Shown here piece by piece: positions 36,201-48,505 of a stretch of 64,000 nt of DNA. A model generated the notes under the pieces. That model was not told the origin of the DNA. It made no database searches and was given only the letters and a program-made list of their open reading frames with translations. A program made the position numbers and the translations under genes. This stretch comes from Lytechinus pictus. Its lineage: Eukaryota. The stretch covers positions 3,288,001-3,352,000 of the forward strand of contig NC_087252.1 of the NCBI RefSeq assembly GCF_037042905.1, given 5' to 3'. The first letter of the stretch is position 1. Each line of letters starts with the position of its first letter.

Positions 36201-39200
36201 ATTCATTATATGGGATGGCAAGTAAAATTTCAAACAACGTATCAATAATCATGTTAATCTCATAAATAAAAAAAATAATAATACTGCGGTCTACAGCCAA
36301 TGACCTCCATCTACTCATGCGCAATCTGTAATTACGAAATGGCACATTCAGTAATATTTAGCAAAGGAAATAAAATAAAAACAATAATAACCTTGTGCTT
36401 TTTCATCACTTGCCAGACTTGGATTACTTTTCTCAGGAGTTGTCGCAAGATATCTGATTGGGTGAGTTGTTCCTACATATTTTGGGGGAGTTGTTCCTAT
36501 ATATTTTGGGAAACAAAAAGAGTGCTTAATGTTAACATTCAAACTATTATCAACTGTATTAAAAAATACACTTGACTGCATTCGTCATGTTACGTCATTA
36601 CTTGTGTACAGGATCCCTTAATAATCAAGGGGAACCTATGCATTGCTACATGTATATTGAAAATCGAATAACATAGATATTGCAAAAAATGTCTAATAAA
36701 ATTAAATCCTGACCTAAGATGGAACAGATTGTTTACCATTTGAATTTCGCACTCGTTTTAAGAACATAATGTTGGAATTCATTATCATGAAACATATCTC
36801 TCTAGACAAATATTTCGAGAGCGAATCACTAGCGGATATTTGATTTTACGCATTTATACCTGTAAATGAGACATCCGCAATTACCAGCTCGTATCAACTA
36901 AATGCCATAAACGCAGGCGTATATTTTGTATAAACTGACCCCCAAAATAAATGCAATTTTAGCGATCGTTTGTAACAATTCATAAAAAATACTATTCATA
37001 CACTTGTAAAACAAATAATACTGGTGCAATATGAATAATGCAAATTCCTGTATCAATCTCTGTCGCTTGTTTACATAATTATAAACAGGAGAAAAACTGG
37101 GAATGATTCGAGGAAAAAAAGGAAACAAACGAAAAAATAAAATATTTTCATATTAGCAAAGGCGACAATTAGAACAGAATTACCTGTTTACTGTACATCT
37201 CTTCTGTGAAATATATGATAGAAGGGAAATTACTGTAAAATACATGTAGCTTTCATGTGACCAAGGAAAAAGAATTGGGAGAAAGAAGGGAACAAAATAT
37301 TCACTTGTGGCAAATGACGGTACAAAATTACAGCAGTAGAATTTCGATATTTGTATTAAATTAAAAGTGGAACAAAAAATAATGTTGTTAATATTCATTG
37401 AATTCCAAAATGATAATGTAGAATGAAATAAATACACGTAATCTCTTTAATACAGGGTACAATCTAATTGTCATGCCATGGCTAAAAACGAATTTTCACA
37501 CTTCTTTGAAAAAAAAATAATTGAATGATTACCTTCATTTCTTATGATGACTGATGTTGTTATATGATGAAACGATGCATTCGCCACCCTACACATGACC
37601 ACAAGCTCCTCAGTACCGTTGTATGATAATGGCGTAAAGAAGATAGTTCGCGAAGGCACACTTAGTCGTCCATCATGGGCAACATTTTTATTCTCTTGTA
37701 AATAGTCATAAAAGATTATTCCGACTGAAATATTCCATTCCAAATACACTGGTGGTTTCACTGATCGATTGGTTTTGCAGACTAGTGTCATATTCTCCCC
37801 TTCTCCAACCGTAAGCGTTTCTTGCTTGTGTAGAGTAGCATTATCCATCCCGTCTATTAAGATCAACCCCTCCGGTGGAACTGAAATCATTCAAATAAAA
37901 TGATTGTTTTATTTTTCACCATGCATAACAAGAATGAATTGATAATGATAAAAATTATAATAATAACAATAGCTAGTTTTTTTATACAGCGCTATTCACA
38001 TAGCGGCGCAAAGCGCATTTCAACACATTATTACATACGTATGCATAGCAACGAAGCGTAAACTTTTTTTCTTTTTGAAGCGCAGGATCCCTTGACCATA
38101 TCTAAACCGGGGTGCTCGGAGCCCTTTTCCCTCTAGGATTCGCGTAATATTTTCACCGCGCGAAATATACTGACCGTGCCGTTGGAGGACTTTATACTTT
38201 CAAGTCTTGCACATCTTTTGGGACCAAATTTTTGACACCCGGGTACGCGGTTCTGAAATTACACTACATTTTGTATAAACTGCATGTCACACCAAAAATT
38301 GCTCAAAAACATGATTCCGTGTACAATATCAATGCAAAGTGTGTTTACAACAGAAAATCATAAATTTATGATTATTTTTAGTTTTCCTGGTCTAAATGTA
38401 TATATTCTATGCTGTCTATGATTTCAAGAGTCCCCGGCAAAGATCATCGAAAAAAAAAGAAATACATAAGTAATTACAAAAAAATTATATAAATTTGATG
38501 AGAATACCACCATGACCACAACGAGTTTGTACACCACACAATATAACATTTGGAGCTTTATTTGGGGAGATAGAGAAAAACGTATAATTTTGCACACTAA
38601 TTACGCATAGATTAGCATAATCAATAAATAGCAAGTTGCATGAAATAAATAAAAATAGAATTTTGTAGATCATATCCTAAACAAGTTGCGTGCCAATTTT
38701 TGGCACGTTTGCGAGGTCGGCGGCCGAGATCTCAAGGGGGCTTGCTAGGCACCCTCCGCCCCTGCCACATGATAATAATCCGGCCTAGATAGGGTTAAAA
38801 AAAACATCACAGGTAAGTAATTCGTTTGAACTAAAACTAGAATGTGCCGATTTTGAATTCATTGTTTGCTAATATTTAAAGTATAATGATGGAAAGAATA
38901 AAATTTTGCGTGTGTGGTGAGGTCTGTTCCCTTTTGTTATCTTTCTCAATATGTTAACTACTATGAGCAACGTATTTATTTATTTATTTATTTATAAGTC
39001 TTTTAGTAGGGTGACTCCATCAGTAATTGATAAACTGTTGTCCTTGGAGGCCCTACAACAAAAATAGAAACATAACAAACATGGGTATAAATAGTTTACA
39101 ATGTAAGTTGAGACAAACAAACTGTAAAGAAAAGAACAACACAAAGGGCCAGTTTATAAATCAAGACTGGGACCTTAATTGTGATTAGTTATAAAGCTCC

Positions 39201-40627
39201 TACATGTATAACATAATATAAATTTACCATGGGGGAGTGTTTCATGACACAGGTCCCTGTTTATTCATATTTTCTTTATGATATGTAATTGAAGTATCCA
39301 CTTTTCAATTCAATTCAAGTTTATTTCCACATCTGATTAAAAACACAAGTACAAATTCATATGCAAGTAGATATATACAATAAGAAAACATTAAAATGAA
39401 ACATATTCAGTTCATAATCATAATGTGGTGGGAATTGACAAAGGCCTATTAGGGTTATTCATATAGGTAATAAAATTTACATAAAATGTTTCTTAAATAT
39501 ATATAAAATATAACACAAAACAATAGAAAAATTATAGACACACATGGAATTCAAAAATATAAGTGTAAATGAAATAACAGAAGACAACCAGACATTCTGG
39601 AGCCCACCCCCAGGCAATATTTTGTTAACTATTCTAGGATTCATTTTCAACTAGGTATTTTTTAAGATTTCTTTTAAACATATTCGAAGTAGGGCATATT
39701 TTGATTTCTTGTGGTAAATTGTTCCACTTTCACCGTTGAATTCAAATAAAACCTATTGTTTTTTTTTCGTTGTTTGTGTTTTTCAAAGTATGTATGACTG
39801 CTATAGAATTCTACTAATTCGTTTGAAAGGAAAATACTGATCTTGATTTATGAGTGTTCACTTTTTGTTACTAGGAACTTAGAATGTATATATTTATGTA
39901 ATGCATGTATTATGTAATGTATTATGTATGTATTTATGTAATGCATGTATTTATGTAATAAACGAATATGCTACTTCTTAAAAAAATGTATAACGTCTAC
40001 CATTCACTGTCAGGTTGATTCTGCACTCACTGCGGTAGTTGTTAGACAGCATGACAGCAGTGTATATACCCTCGTTGTCAAGTGAGATATTGTTCATTGT
40101 CAAAATGCTGACCGGTTGATGATTAACTTCAAGTGTGTGCATCGTTGTATTTATTTGACCGTCATTCTGCGTAGTCCATCTGAATAACACTGAGCCGTCA
40201 CTCACCCAGGAAATAAATTTTAATTGTTCGGTTACGGTGGTTAATATGCACTGGAGACGTACGTCGTCCCCAAAATTTGCTTCCTTATTTATATCTAAAA
40301 AGTAGAAATTATTAAAGAGAAAGACAAAAAATATGTAAGCGATTATATGAGTTTATTATGTACACAACCACTATTGTGAGCATTTATTAATAGCTGCTCC
40401 ATGACGGCCAAAAAAACGTAAACATAATGTTACTGAATATCGATGTAATGAACCGTGCAAGAATAGACATTTGTCAATCATGATACAATAATTTACAGGA
40501 TTATTGTGATATGACACAAAATGGGAATCTGTCATTGAAACGGCGACTCAATCTATTTATTCCAATGCTTACCTTGAGAACAAAATACCGATCCGATGGT
40601 GATAACCAAAATAAATAAATGCCACAT
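32949..40627 (-). CDS. Paralog B: apparently intact Ig-superfamily type I membrane receptor, ~447-455 aa
   Basis: Exons 40573-40627 (MWHLFILVITIGSVFCSQ), 40001-40294 (Ig1), 37533-37880 (Ig2), 36392-36496 or -36472 (T/P/S stalk), 35318-35437 (TM), 35166-35177, 33813-33904 (PLYANST), 32949-33290 (EYMEM...SVITTYL*). All GT-AG, phases compatible, no internal stops seen. Confidence 0.85.
33813..33904 (-). CDS. Paralog B cytoplasmic exon (AGDADTADGVAVTAMHQKDSNNEPLYANSTM)
   Basis: 92 nt, same splice sites as 5655-5746. Confidence 0.75.
34226..34625. mobile_element. Interspersed repeat related to 5081-5500, opposite orientation
   Basis: Shared segments such as GGACAAAATCGTATGGATCCAAAATTGCACGATG on opposite strands. 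Absent from the equivalent site in A. Confidence 0.6.
34809..34938. mobile_element. 130-bp MITE with 15-bp perfect TIR and 5-bp TSD
   Basis: CAGGGGCCGCGGAAC...GTTCCGCGGCCCCTG flanked by TTAAA. Empty site CCGTTAAAAGTG in A (~6265). Confidence 0.8.
35318..35437 (-). CDS. Paralog B transmembrane exon
   Basis: 120 nt, phase 1-1; DNCALLRIVIYILGGSLGAMILGLVAVTVSHKCLRHNTDR. Confidence 0.8.
36392..36496 (-). CDS. Paralog B putative stalk exon (two in-frame acceptors 24 nt apart)
   Basis: (GTTPPKYV)GTTHPIRYLATTPEKSNPSLASDEKAQ, 105 or 81 nt, phase 1-1. The donor CAAG|gttatt is weak. Confidence 0.5.
37533..37880 (-). CDS. Paralog B Ig domain 2 exon
   Basis: 348 nt, phase 1-1; TLVC...LEW...VMCRVAN. Confidence 0.85.
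38096..38794. mobile_element. piggyBac-like MITE (degenerate) in intron 2 of paralog B
   Basis: Right end CCGGCCTAGATAGGG|TTAA; left end TTGA|CCATATCTAAACCGG (imperfect TIR, mutated TTAA). Confidence 0.5.
39304..39790 (-). mobile_element. LINE 3'-end fragment
   Basis: Minus strand reads WNNLPQEIKICPTSNMFKRNLKKYL, followed by a 3' UTR ending in AATAAA and a (TTGAA)n tail. Confidence 0.6.
40001..40294 (-). CDS. Paralog B Ig domain 1 exon (V-like)
   Basis: 294 nt, phase 1-1; GDDVRLQC...ISW...NISLDNEGIYT...CRINLTVN. Confidence 0.85.
40573..40627 (-). CDS. Paralog B first coding exon (signal peptide)
   Basis: ATG at 40627, donor CAAG|gtaagc. Confidence 0.8.
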
Positions 40628-40890
40628 TTTTAGGAAAATATTTCATACAATTCAAGTGATGAAGACGAAATTATGAAGCAGTGTGAATATTTGTCACTGC
40701 CAAAACAACATCCAATTAACTACAGGGAAGCAGATAAATAAGCGTTGATTAGAGGTGGCGCTATTAAGTTATTTTATCGTGATAAGAATTTGTTTGTGAG
40801 AAGAAGAACAAACAACAGTAGAGTGAATTTGAAGAAATCAAATACGTTTTAACATAAGAAACATAAACAAACTCAAGGAATGGACAACAG

Positions 40891-43800
40891 TGGGGCGTTT
40901 CATCAAACAATTAGTCGGTGGTTTTCTCCGACTAATTGTGATTTTCACCGACTAATTTCATTTTCACCGACAATTTTGCCATCACCGACTAAATTCCATT
41001 TCATGAAAATTTGTCGGTGATTTTCTCCGACAAATTATTGGAAACCACCGACTAATTTTGTCGGTGGCCTTCACCTACCGACAAAACTTATTTTCACCGA
41101 CTAATCAGCCTTTTATGGACTTTAGCAGCTAAAATCGATCAATTTCAGTTGATTTTGAGTATAACATTTTAATAAATTGCTTATTTTTCATTTCATTAAG
41201 AAAATTCAAAGAAAATGTATTTATTTTTAGTCAATGACAAATAAAAAGTAGACATTTCAAGCATCATATTTTTATCTTTAAAACTATATTTTCATAAATT
41301 AATCGATACAATTTGAAAGGAAACACCTTCAAATGTACACATTTTTTCAAACATTCATGTTATTTTCTTCAACCCGAATAAATCATTGTGCATTTTTAAT
41401 CAATAATGTCTGAAAACTGTGACCTCATTGACTTTTGTACAAGTTTTTCAATATTCATTAGTGTTGTTGGTGTTGCTGCTGCTGTTGTCATCGTGGTTGC
41501 TGGAATTTCTGTTGTTTTTGCTGCTGCTCTTGTTGTTGTGGGTGTGGTTGTTGCATCTCTTACTGCAGTTGTGGTTTCGGCTGCTGATGATGTTGTTGCT
41601 CCTGCTGCTGTTCATGTTTATTGAAGTAACTGAAATGGAATTGATTTAAAGAGCATGTGATATTTTACTAATAAACATATTAATTTACATCATTATTTAT
41701 ATCAAAGTCATTAATTCCTAATCTAATTGTCATTGTTAAAACTTACATTTTTGTTATGTTTCAAATAATAACTTTAAATTCTAAATGGTTAAAGTATCGT
41801 CACCAAAGCCTTATTAAACAACGAAAACAAAAAAGTTAAACAAAGAAATGCATAAGAAAATGATTAAAATGTACATGTATACACAATTGATTTTAATGAC
41901 TTGGGTTTTTCTCATTGGTTTACCAAAGAAAGGGAGTCAAAATCCAAAATAATCACATTTGGTCTTTATTTCTTGATTTAGAGCAAAATGCTGATTTCAT
42001 GCAAGAGTCATGTTATCATAAAAAAAAAAACCAACATCAGGAGCAGCAGCATACCTGCTGATTTCTGAAGTGAGTGCACAATCAACAGGCAAGATCATGA
42101 GGCACGCCCCCCCCCCCCCATACCAAGATCATTTGAATTAGTGAGGTTTAATGACTGCTTCTGTAGTCATTACATTTATCTGATTTATACAGGCCTACAA
42201 GAGATATAAAAGAAATTGTGTTCTTTTTGGGGTAATCTTCCGGTATTCCTCCCTGACAAAGCAGATGGTGATGGTGTGTGTGGGGGGGGGGGTCTAATAT
42301 GAATGCAGAACAATGGAACATTATTTTACTACTTCGGCAATAGAAAGCAAGTCACACAATCTAGCATTGATTGATATTGTTGTTTTACAACTGTCCAAGA
42401 AATATCACAATTAATAATTTAAGCATCTAAGCACTTTATAGATGTCATTTTTTTCTTCAAATATTGACTGGTAGAAGACCAAATAATAAAGAGAACAGTA
42501 CCGGTAATTTTTTTTTTAATGTGACTTTACTTTCTTCGCCAAAATGAGGCAGTAATAATTAAGAGTGTTTTACCTTACAAGTGACATCACATTTCCTGCC
42601 TTCTTGTCTGGCTCTCCTAAACCTTCAACCATTTATACTTGGGTAACTTTGTATCTCATGTCTGTCTGAAAAGTTTGGGTGAAGCCTCCACCTGAATGAA
42701 AAATAGTATTGAAATAACTAATTAGAATATTTGCCATAATCTTGTATTTCTTCTCACATTTATATGTACATGTCTAAAAACAGGAAATAAAACATCTTTT
42801 GATAACCATACAGGTTTCATATAGAAGGGGGTAAATAAAGGGTTCAAGTTTTTATTATGTTAATCAAAAATACAAACAATAATAAATGACATGCTCTGGC
42901 TGAGAAACGTAAATAGAGAAATTATTCATCACAATGTAGCTTGTATGTACATACACATGAGAAAGTTGTGATAAATGGATTGAGGGGTGAGAGCAGGGGC
43001 TGCGGAAACGGGGGGGGGGGGGGAGGTGGTGCATGTTAGCTGCAGGGTCAGCGGAACAGTTTCTAAAGTGAGCGAGCTCACCATGCAAAACATCATATTT
43101 AAACCAAATGGTCATTTTACATTTTTCAGCCCCCGCATTGTTTTCCAAAACCATGTACACAAATTTAAAATTGACCATCTGCTAATGATTTTTGCATGGT
43201 CAGTCCCCCCCCCCCCCACTTTCGGCTCAGCCCCCTCACTTTCAAAACCACTCCGCTGACCCTGCAGCTAACATGCAAAACATATTGATTCTTTTATATG
43301 TCTTTCATGTTTATGTAATATTTGCATTACAAACTGACTTTGATTAGAAAATCTGGTCAAAGTCTGATTTCATTGTCATTGATGTGGGTTTTAATGATTC
43401 AACATTCTGCAACCCCAAAAATATCCTTCATTATTTTGTAATCATTATCGCATTTTACTAGTCTACATGTTACCTGTGGTTGCATTTCAATCTCAGTATT
43501 TCTTCACCCATTGCCAAATCTTCTGCCACATGTTCATCAGATTGGCCGCTGGCATATTCCTTGCTGTAGTAGACCAGTCAGAGCCTAGCTTTCTAGTTCC
43601 AGACCCGTCTTCTTCTGCATATTGTTAAAATGTCCATAGTCTGAAATTAAAATATTAATAATATCACATTGATATACATGTAGCAAATAAAATATGTAGA
43701 TTTACACAGTGATCATTGAAAAATACTGCACTTTCAATGAATATTGTTGACATTTCATAAAGGGGGATGATCAAATATACCAATAATTGTTCTTCTTTTA

Positions 43801-45660
43801 TTATCCTGAAATTTATAGAATTTACCAACAAACGGTCAACAATTTATCCTTGTTAATTCATATAATTTTCAATTGATTATAAACAAGACGGTCATTAACA
43901 CATTAACCATACAAATAGTAAAACAGTTTTTTCAATAATTTTTTTTAATTCAAATATAATTTTTTTTTTTCCTAACCCAATAGCGCTTGGATACCTTGCC
44001 GGTTAAAAGCCACAATCAAATTAATGAAAAAATATGAATAGGCTCCTAATTCATAACTGCAGCAAATTGCATCCCCATCAAACTGTCAACTATTTCTGGA
44101 CTGTGACCTTTGTTCAATGGAACTTTAATGAGATTCAAGACAGAAAAATACTTGGGATTGATGAGATCCATTACATATTCTCCTATAAAAAAATGTTCTA
44201 GTGAAGAGACCTTTAACCTTTACATGCTATTCAAGGTTAGGTGTGACTAGACTCTTAACTTTATGTGGTAGGACAATATTTTTCAAAAAATAGATTAAGA
44301 GACATTATCAACAATAGTTTAATTTATTTACCCCAATAACACTGATGCTATTGCAGATTCAGTGTCAAAATTTATAGGATGCTAAATAGTAATTTGTTTT
44401 AAAAAATGACTAAGAAAAATAAAAGCAAAACAAACTTCATAATCGCACACAAATGAGGAGCATTATTTCGTCTCCACCCAATTTGGACAATCAATCTTTT
44501 TTAAAAGGGAGCTATGCAATGGCTCATTTCACGTGGGTGCGCAAAGTCAAAGATAATTTAAGATAGATCTAGGTCTATATGGGCTATACCAGTTAGTATA
44601 CTAATACTAACCTCGCAATACGTGTGAGTGTACCAGTAAGGCCACGGGCCGGGTGCACCATTTAAAACATGGATCTAAATTCTAATTTTATTTAAATTCT
44701 TATTGGGTGTGAATGCACCTCTGCCACAATCGCATCACCCCCCCCCCCTGAATACTTGCCAGCCGTCAAGAGCCTTCACTTTATTCGACTTGTGACTTGC
44801 TAAGCCTATATGCTAAATAAGTTGAGAACATTCAATTTACCAAATTACCACTCAAACTATTACCATGTGATCTAGCTCCTGTTCAATTCCAATATCTGTA
44901 ACACAGAATTAGGATGGCCCCATTGGATATGTGTACATTAACAATTACACAGGCTGGTTTGCCTGGTGATCGAGGATATCTACGACCACACCGAGCAACA
45001 CAATCAATCCAAAACCAAAGGAAATGAAAAATTATGAGATGTAACATAGAATGACATAAAGGTAGAACAATACAAAGTATTCTCTTTGCAAAATTTATAA
45101 AATTGCAGCCATGTGCGGATCATAAAAACGTGTATGGACAGCCGTGTCGTTAGTTTGGACCTGAGATAGTTCTACAGACACAGAAACACGGGTATGGGAC
45201 TAGACTGGATTATGTGCTGTCAAGTTTATCGATCGTATCGACAGGGGTCCTGCCAGAAGATTCTCTTTTCTTGTAATTCGTTTGATAATTACGCACAACG
45301 AATAATTCAATCACCTTACATACAATATGAACGACATTTTGAAGGGTTTTACTTACGGTAAAATCCTCATTCACCTCTCCTGGAACCTTCGCTTCTTCTT
45401 ATTTCTTCGTTTCACTTCGCATCGTCGCGTCGAAAACATCAACCAATTTTAAATCTTCTTCACGACTTTGGGAGTGGGCGTGGCCTAATTAGTCAGCGAA
45501 CCTCGTTCAAGACGATTTATAAAATAAAAATTCTCTGACAATAGTCAGTGGAGCTCCGAGAGTTTCATGAAATGCAATTTTTGTCAGCGCTGACTAAATT
45601 GTCAGCACTGACAATTCAGCGTTGACAGTTGTCGCGCGACAATATTAATGAAACACCCTC
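40891..45660 (-). mobile_element. ~4.8-kb old PIF/Harbinger-like element with degenerate internal exons
   Basis: Imperfect TIR GGGGCGTTTCAT / ATGAAACACCC, CAG on both flanks (40888-40890 / 45661-45663), and subterminal CACCGACTAA and CTGAC repeats. Exon-like blocks on the minus strand (~43474-43640, ~42574-42690, ~41400-41630) contain stops. Confidence 0.6.
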
Positions 45661-46539
45661 CAGTTCTCCATTATTCCAAATCTGTTCTGTTTGTATAAGT
45701 ACATTAAAATCCAAAGCATATGCCAAAGAGGAGAAATGATATTGGAACCTGAAAATACGAATGTAAAAGCGTGATGCTTGACAGACATGGACTAATTGTT
45801 TGGACCTGTTTCATAAAATTCACAAAATAACCAGTCGAAAGAAAAAATAAAAACTCGTTCAATAATCAGTAGAGCTTACATAATCTGTACGCCAGCTTAC
45901 ACAGGAACACGTTGATTTACTGTGTTCTCAGCTGCATAGGCTGTCACGTTAGAATTAGAGCAGAATGGACGTGATTTTATCATCGAATACATTAATAAGC
46001 TGGATTTCACCGGTAGGAGAAGAAAAGTGATTTTTTTTACGAATAAATTTATAAGCTGTGCATCGCCAGTTGTAACAGAAGGATCTTTTTGACGAGTGAG
46101 TTTATGAGCTGGATTTTTTCTGGCATGAGAAGAAACGTTTTTTTTTTTTACTAATGAATTTATACGCTGTTTTTCTATCCAGCAGTTGGTCGCTTAGGAT
46201 GTCCTTCATGAATAAAAATAGTTTCTTTTTAGGACAAAAAGGAGTCTGGATATGGGATTGATTAAACTTAACGTAGCTAAATGAATTGTGAATTCAGATA
46301 TATTATTTTGCAAGGGTGCATGCAAGCGAAAAGAAAATGTAATTTGAAACTAAGGTAAAAGATTCAATTTGAGAGTACATGTCAACATTAATGGAATACC
46401 GCACGATATGAATTGTAGGCTTGGAACTATTTGTGGTGAAAAAATGGGGGGGGGTCCCATGCAAGCAGTTGAATTGAAATGATATTTTTATATGTATATT
46501 TGTATATAAACCCCTAAAAAAAGTTTGGAAAACTGTGTT

Positions 46540-46870
46540 TGGCCATATTATACATCGTTCAAAAGATAGTTTAATTCTTTTTAAAATGATACCATACTTG
46601 TTATGATCATGCCATCAGGAAAAGAGGAGGATTTAAAAGTGTTGGATGAGGTTTGAATTGAAAAGCTGCAAAACGAGCAAAAAAGTTTGGAAATCTGAGT
46701 TTAGCCATTAATTTTTCCCAACTCCCAACTTTACACAATGCATATTTGATATCATTCAAAAGATCATTAAACCTCTTTAAAATGATACCATGCTTGTTAT
46801 GATCATGCCATCACAAAAAGAGCATTAAAAAAAGAGATTCAAAAGTGTTGGATGAGGTCTTTATTAAATG
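46540..46870. repeat. ~196-bp imperfect tandem duplication
   Basis: AAAATGATACCAT.CTTGTTATGATCATGCCATCA...AAAAGTGTTGGATGAGGT at ~46583 and ~46779. Confidence 0.6.
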
Positions 46871-48505
46871 TTGACCTTGCCCCAGATTTCAAGGCACTGC
46901 ATCTCCATGTGAACAATAATCACATCATGTAGGGCAGCCATTCTCATTTACTTTTTTTGAAGCTCCACATTTCTTGTTGAGAATCTGTAATGCGCCACTA
47001 TCCATTACGCAAACCAGCAAAGTATTGCGGAGGGGGTCCAGAGGCACCTGTTTGGGGTCGAGGGGGCAGAGCCCCCAGAAGTTTTGGAGTTATGACGACT
47101 TTTAAATTGTCCAGAGGGGATCTAATTAATATCAAGAGAAGAAATACAAATGCTAACAAACTACACAATATTTATTAAAATTGAAATTAGTGACTTTTTC
47201 ACAACATACCAATGTTAACACTAGTTCAGAGCAGTGGCGTAACAGGGGTCGGTGGCCAGGGGGGGCAAGAGCCAAAAATTTCCCGGTCATATCATGGTAT
47301 GAACAGGCGTATGGTGTAATGAGGCGACGATTTTGAGATGGCCATATGTTCTGAATCAGGCAGAATTTATCTTTTTAAAAAAATTGTGAGCGAGCGAAGC
47401 GAACGAGCAAATTTTTTTACATTTTTAATACAAAAATCCAATTTTGAGATCGATTTTGACACGATATCCAGAGAATAATATAATTCACCCTTCTCTCTTT
47501 CCATTCCCTTTTTGTGGTCTGTATATGCCACTGTGAACAGGATTCTTTGCAGCAGTAGCGTGAAGAGTTAAAAAACGAAAGGCGCAGTATGGCGCAAGTG
47601 CTAAAAAGCTGCTTAATATATGTCCCGAGCGAGCGAATCGAGCGAGAATAAGAAATCACATTTTCATGAGAATTTAACTTTGAGATATTTTGTTACATTA
47701 TATTCAGTAAATAAAATCATATCCTACACTTTTATTTAGCTTTTCTTTCCTCCTTTTTTTCTTGGTTGTAGAACTTTTGGGGGCCATGGCCCAACCCTTC
47801 CTTATTCATATCCGGCAGTGCTTTGCGGTTGGGGTCCGTCTGAAACCCCCGGAACTTCTTGATATCAAAGCCTTTTATACCTCGCAGATTGCCGCTATTT
47901 TTAATCAAATCACGAGTATATACAGAATATAGCTTTTACACAACACATTTATTCAACCCAGTTGAACCAAATATTTCAAGGGGGCAAAACATAGCAATGT
48001 GGGAAAATTTGTAAAAAGGCGCTGGAAAAAAATGCCTATTGAAATTAAATTTTAATTATGTGATAACACATTTCATTGTTTCCATTCATTTCATTACACG
48101 TTGTCTCCTATAATTTCTTTTATTTCCTCTTGAGTGTGGAACCAAGACCCCCCCCCCCCCCCGCTTGTACGCCAGTGATTGAACGTAAAGCTTAATGTAG
48201 GAAGGGTCCCTACAGGGGGGCGTTATAGAGCCATTTGAAGGTTATACACTACTCAAAAAAAAGTTAAGGACCACTTTTTAAAACGTACATAAAGATTTTA
48301 TACAAGGTGTTTTATTTCTGGAAATACCTCAGTACAACTGTCCTAAATGTCCTTAAACACGCTGTAATCAATTTCACGCATGGGTGGTTTCAGTTGTTGC
48401 ACAATGTCTCTCGCATCACTGCACATCCTGAAAAGTGGGCCCCGAGGGGTATCAGCTACCGACATGAAGTGGTAAAAACGAATGTCTGAGTGTCTTTCAG
48501 GCAGT

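Larger units (their letters stand above)
31558..40767. repeat. Segmental duplication copy B
   Basis: Collinear with 1313-20009 once copy-specific insertions are removed. Confidence 0.9.

Noticed and set aside
1313..40767. Copies A and B as uncollapsed haplotypes of one gene
   Set aside because: About 45% amino-acid divergence in Ig1, many private insertions and different upstream regions fit paralogs better; not formally excluded without read-depth data.
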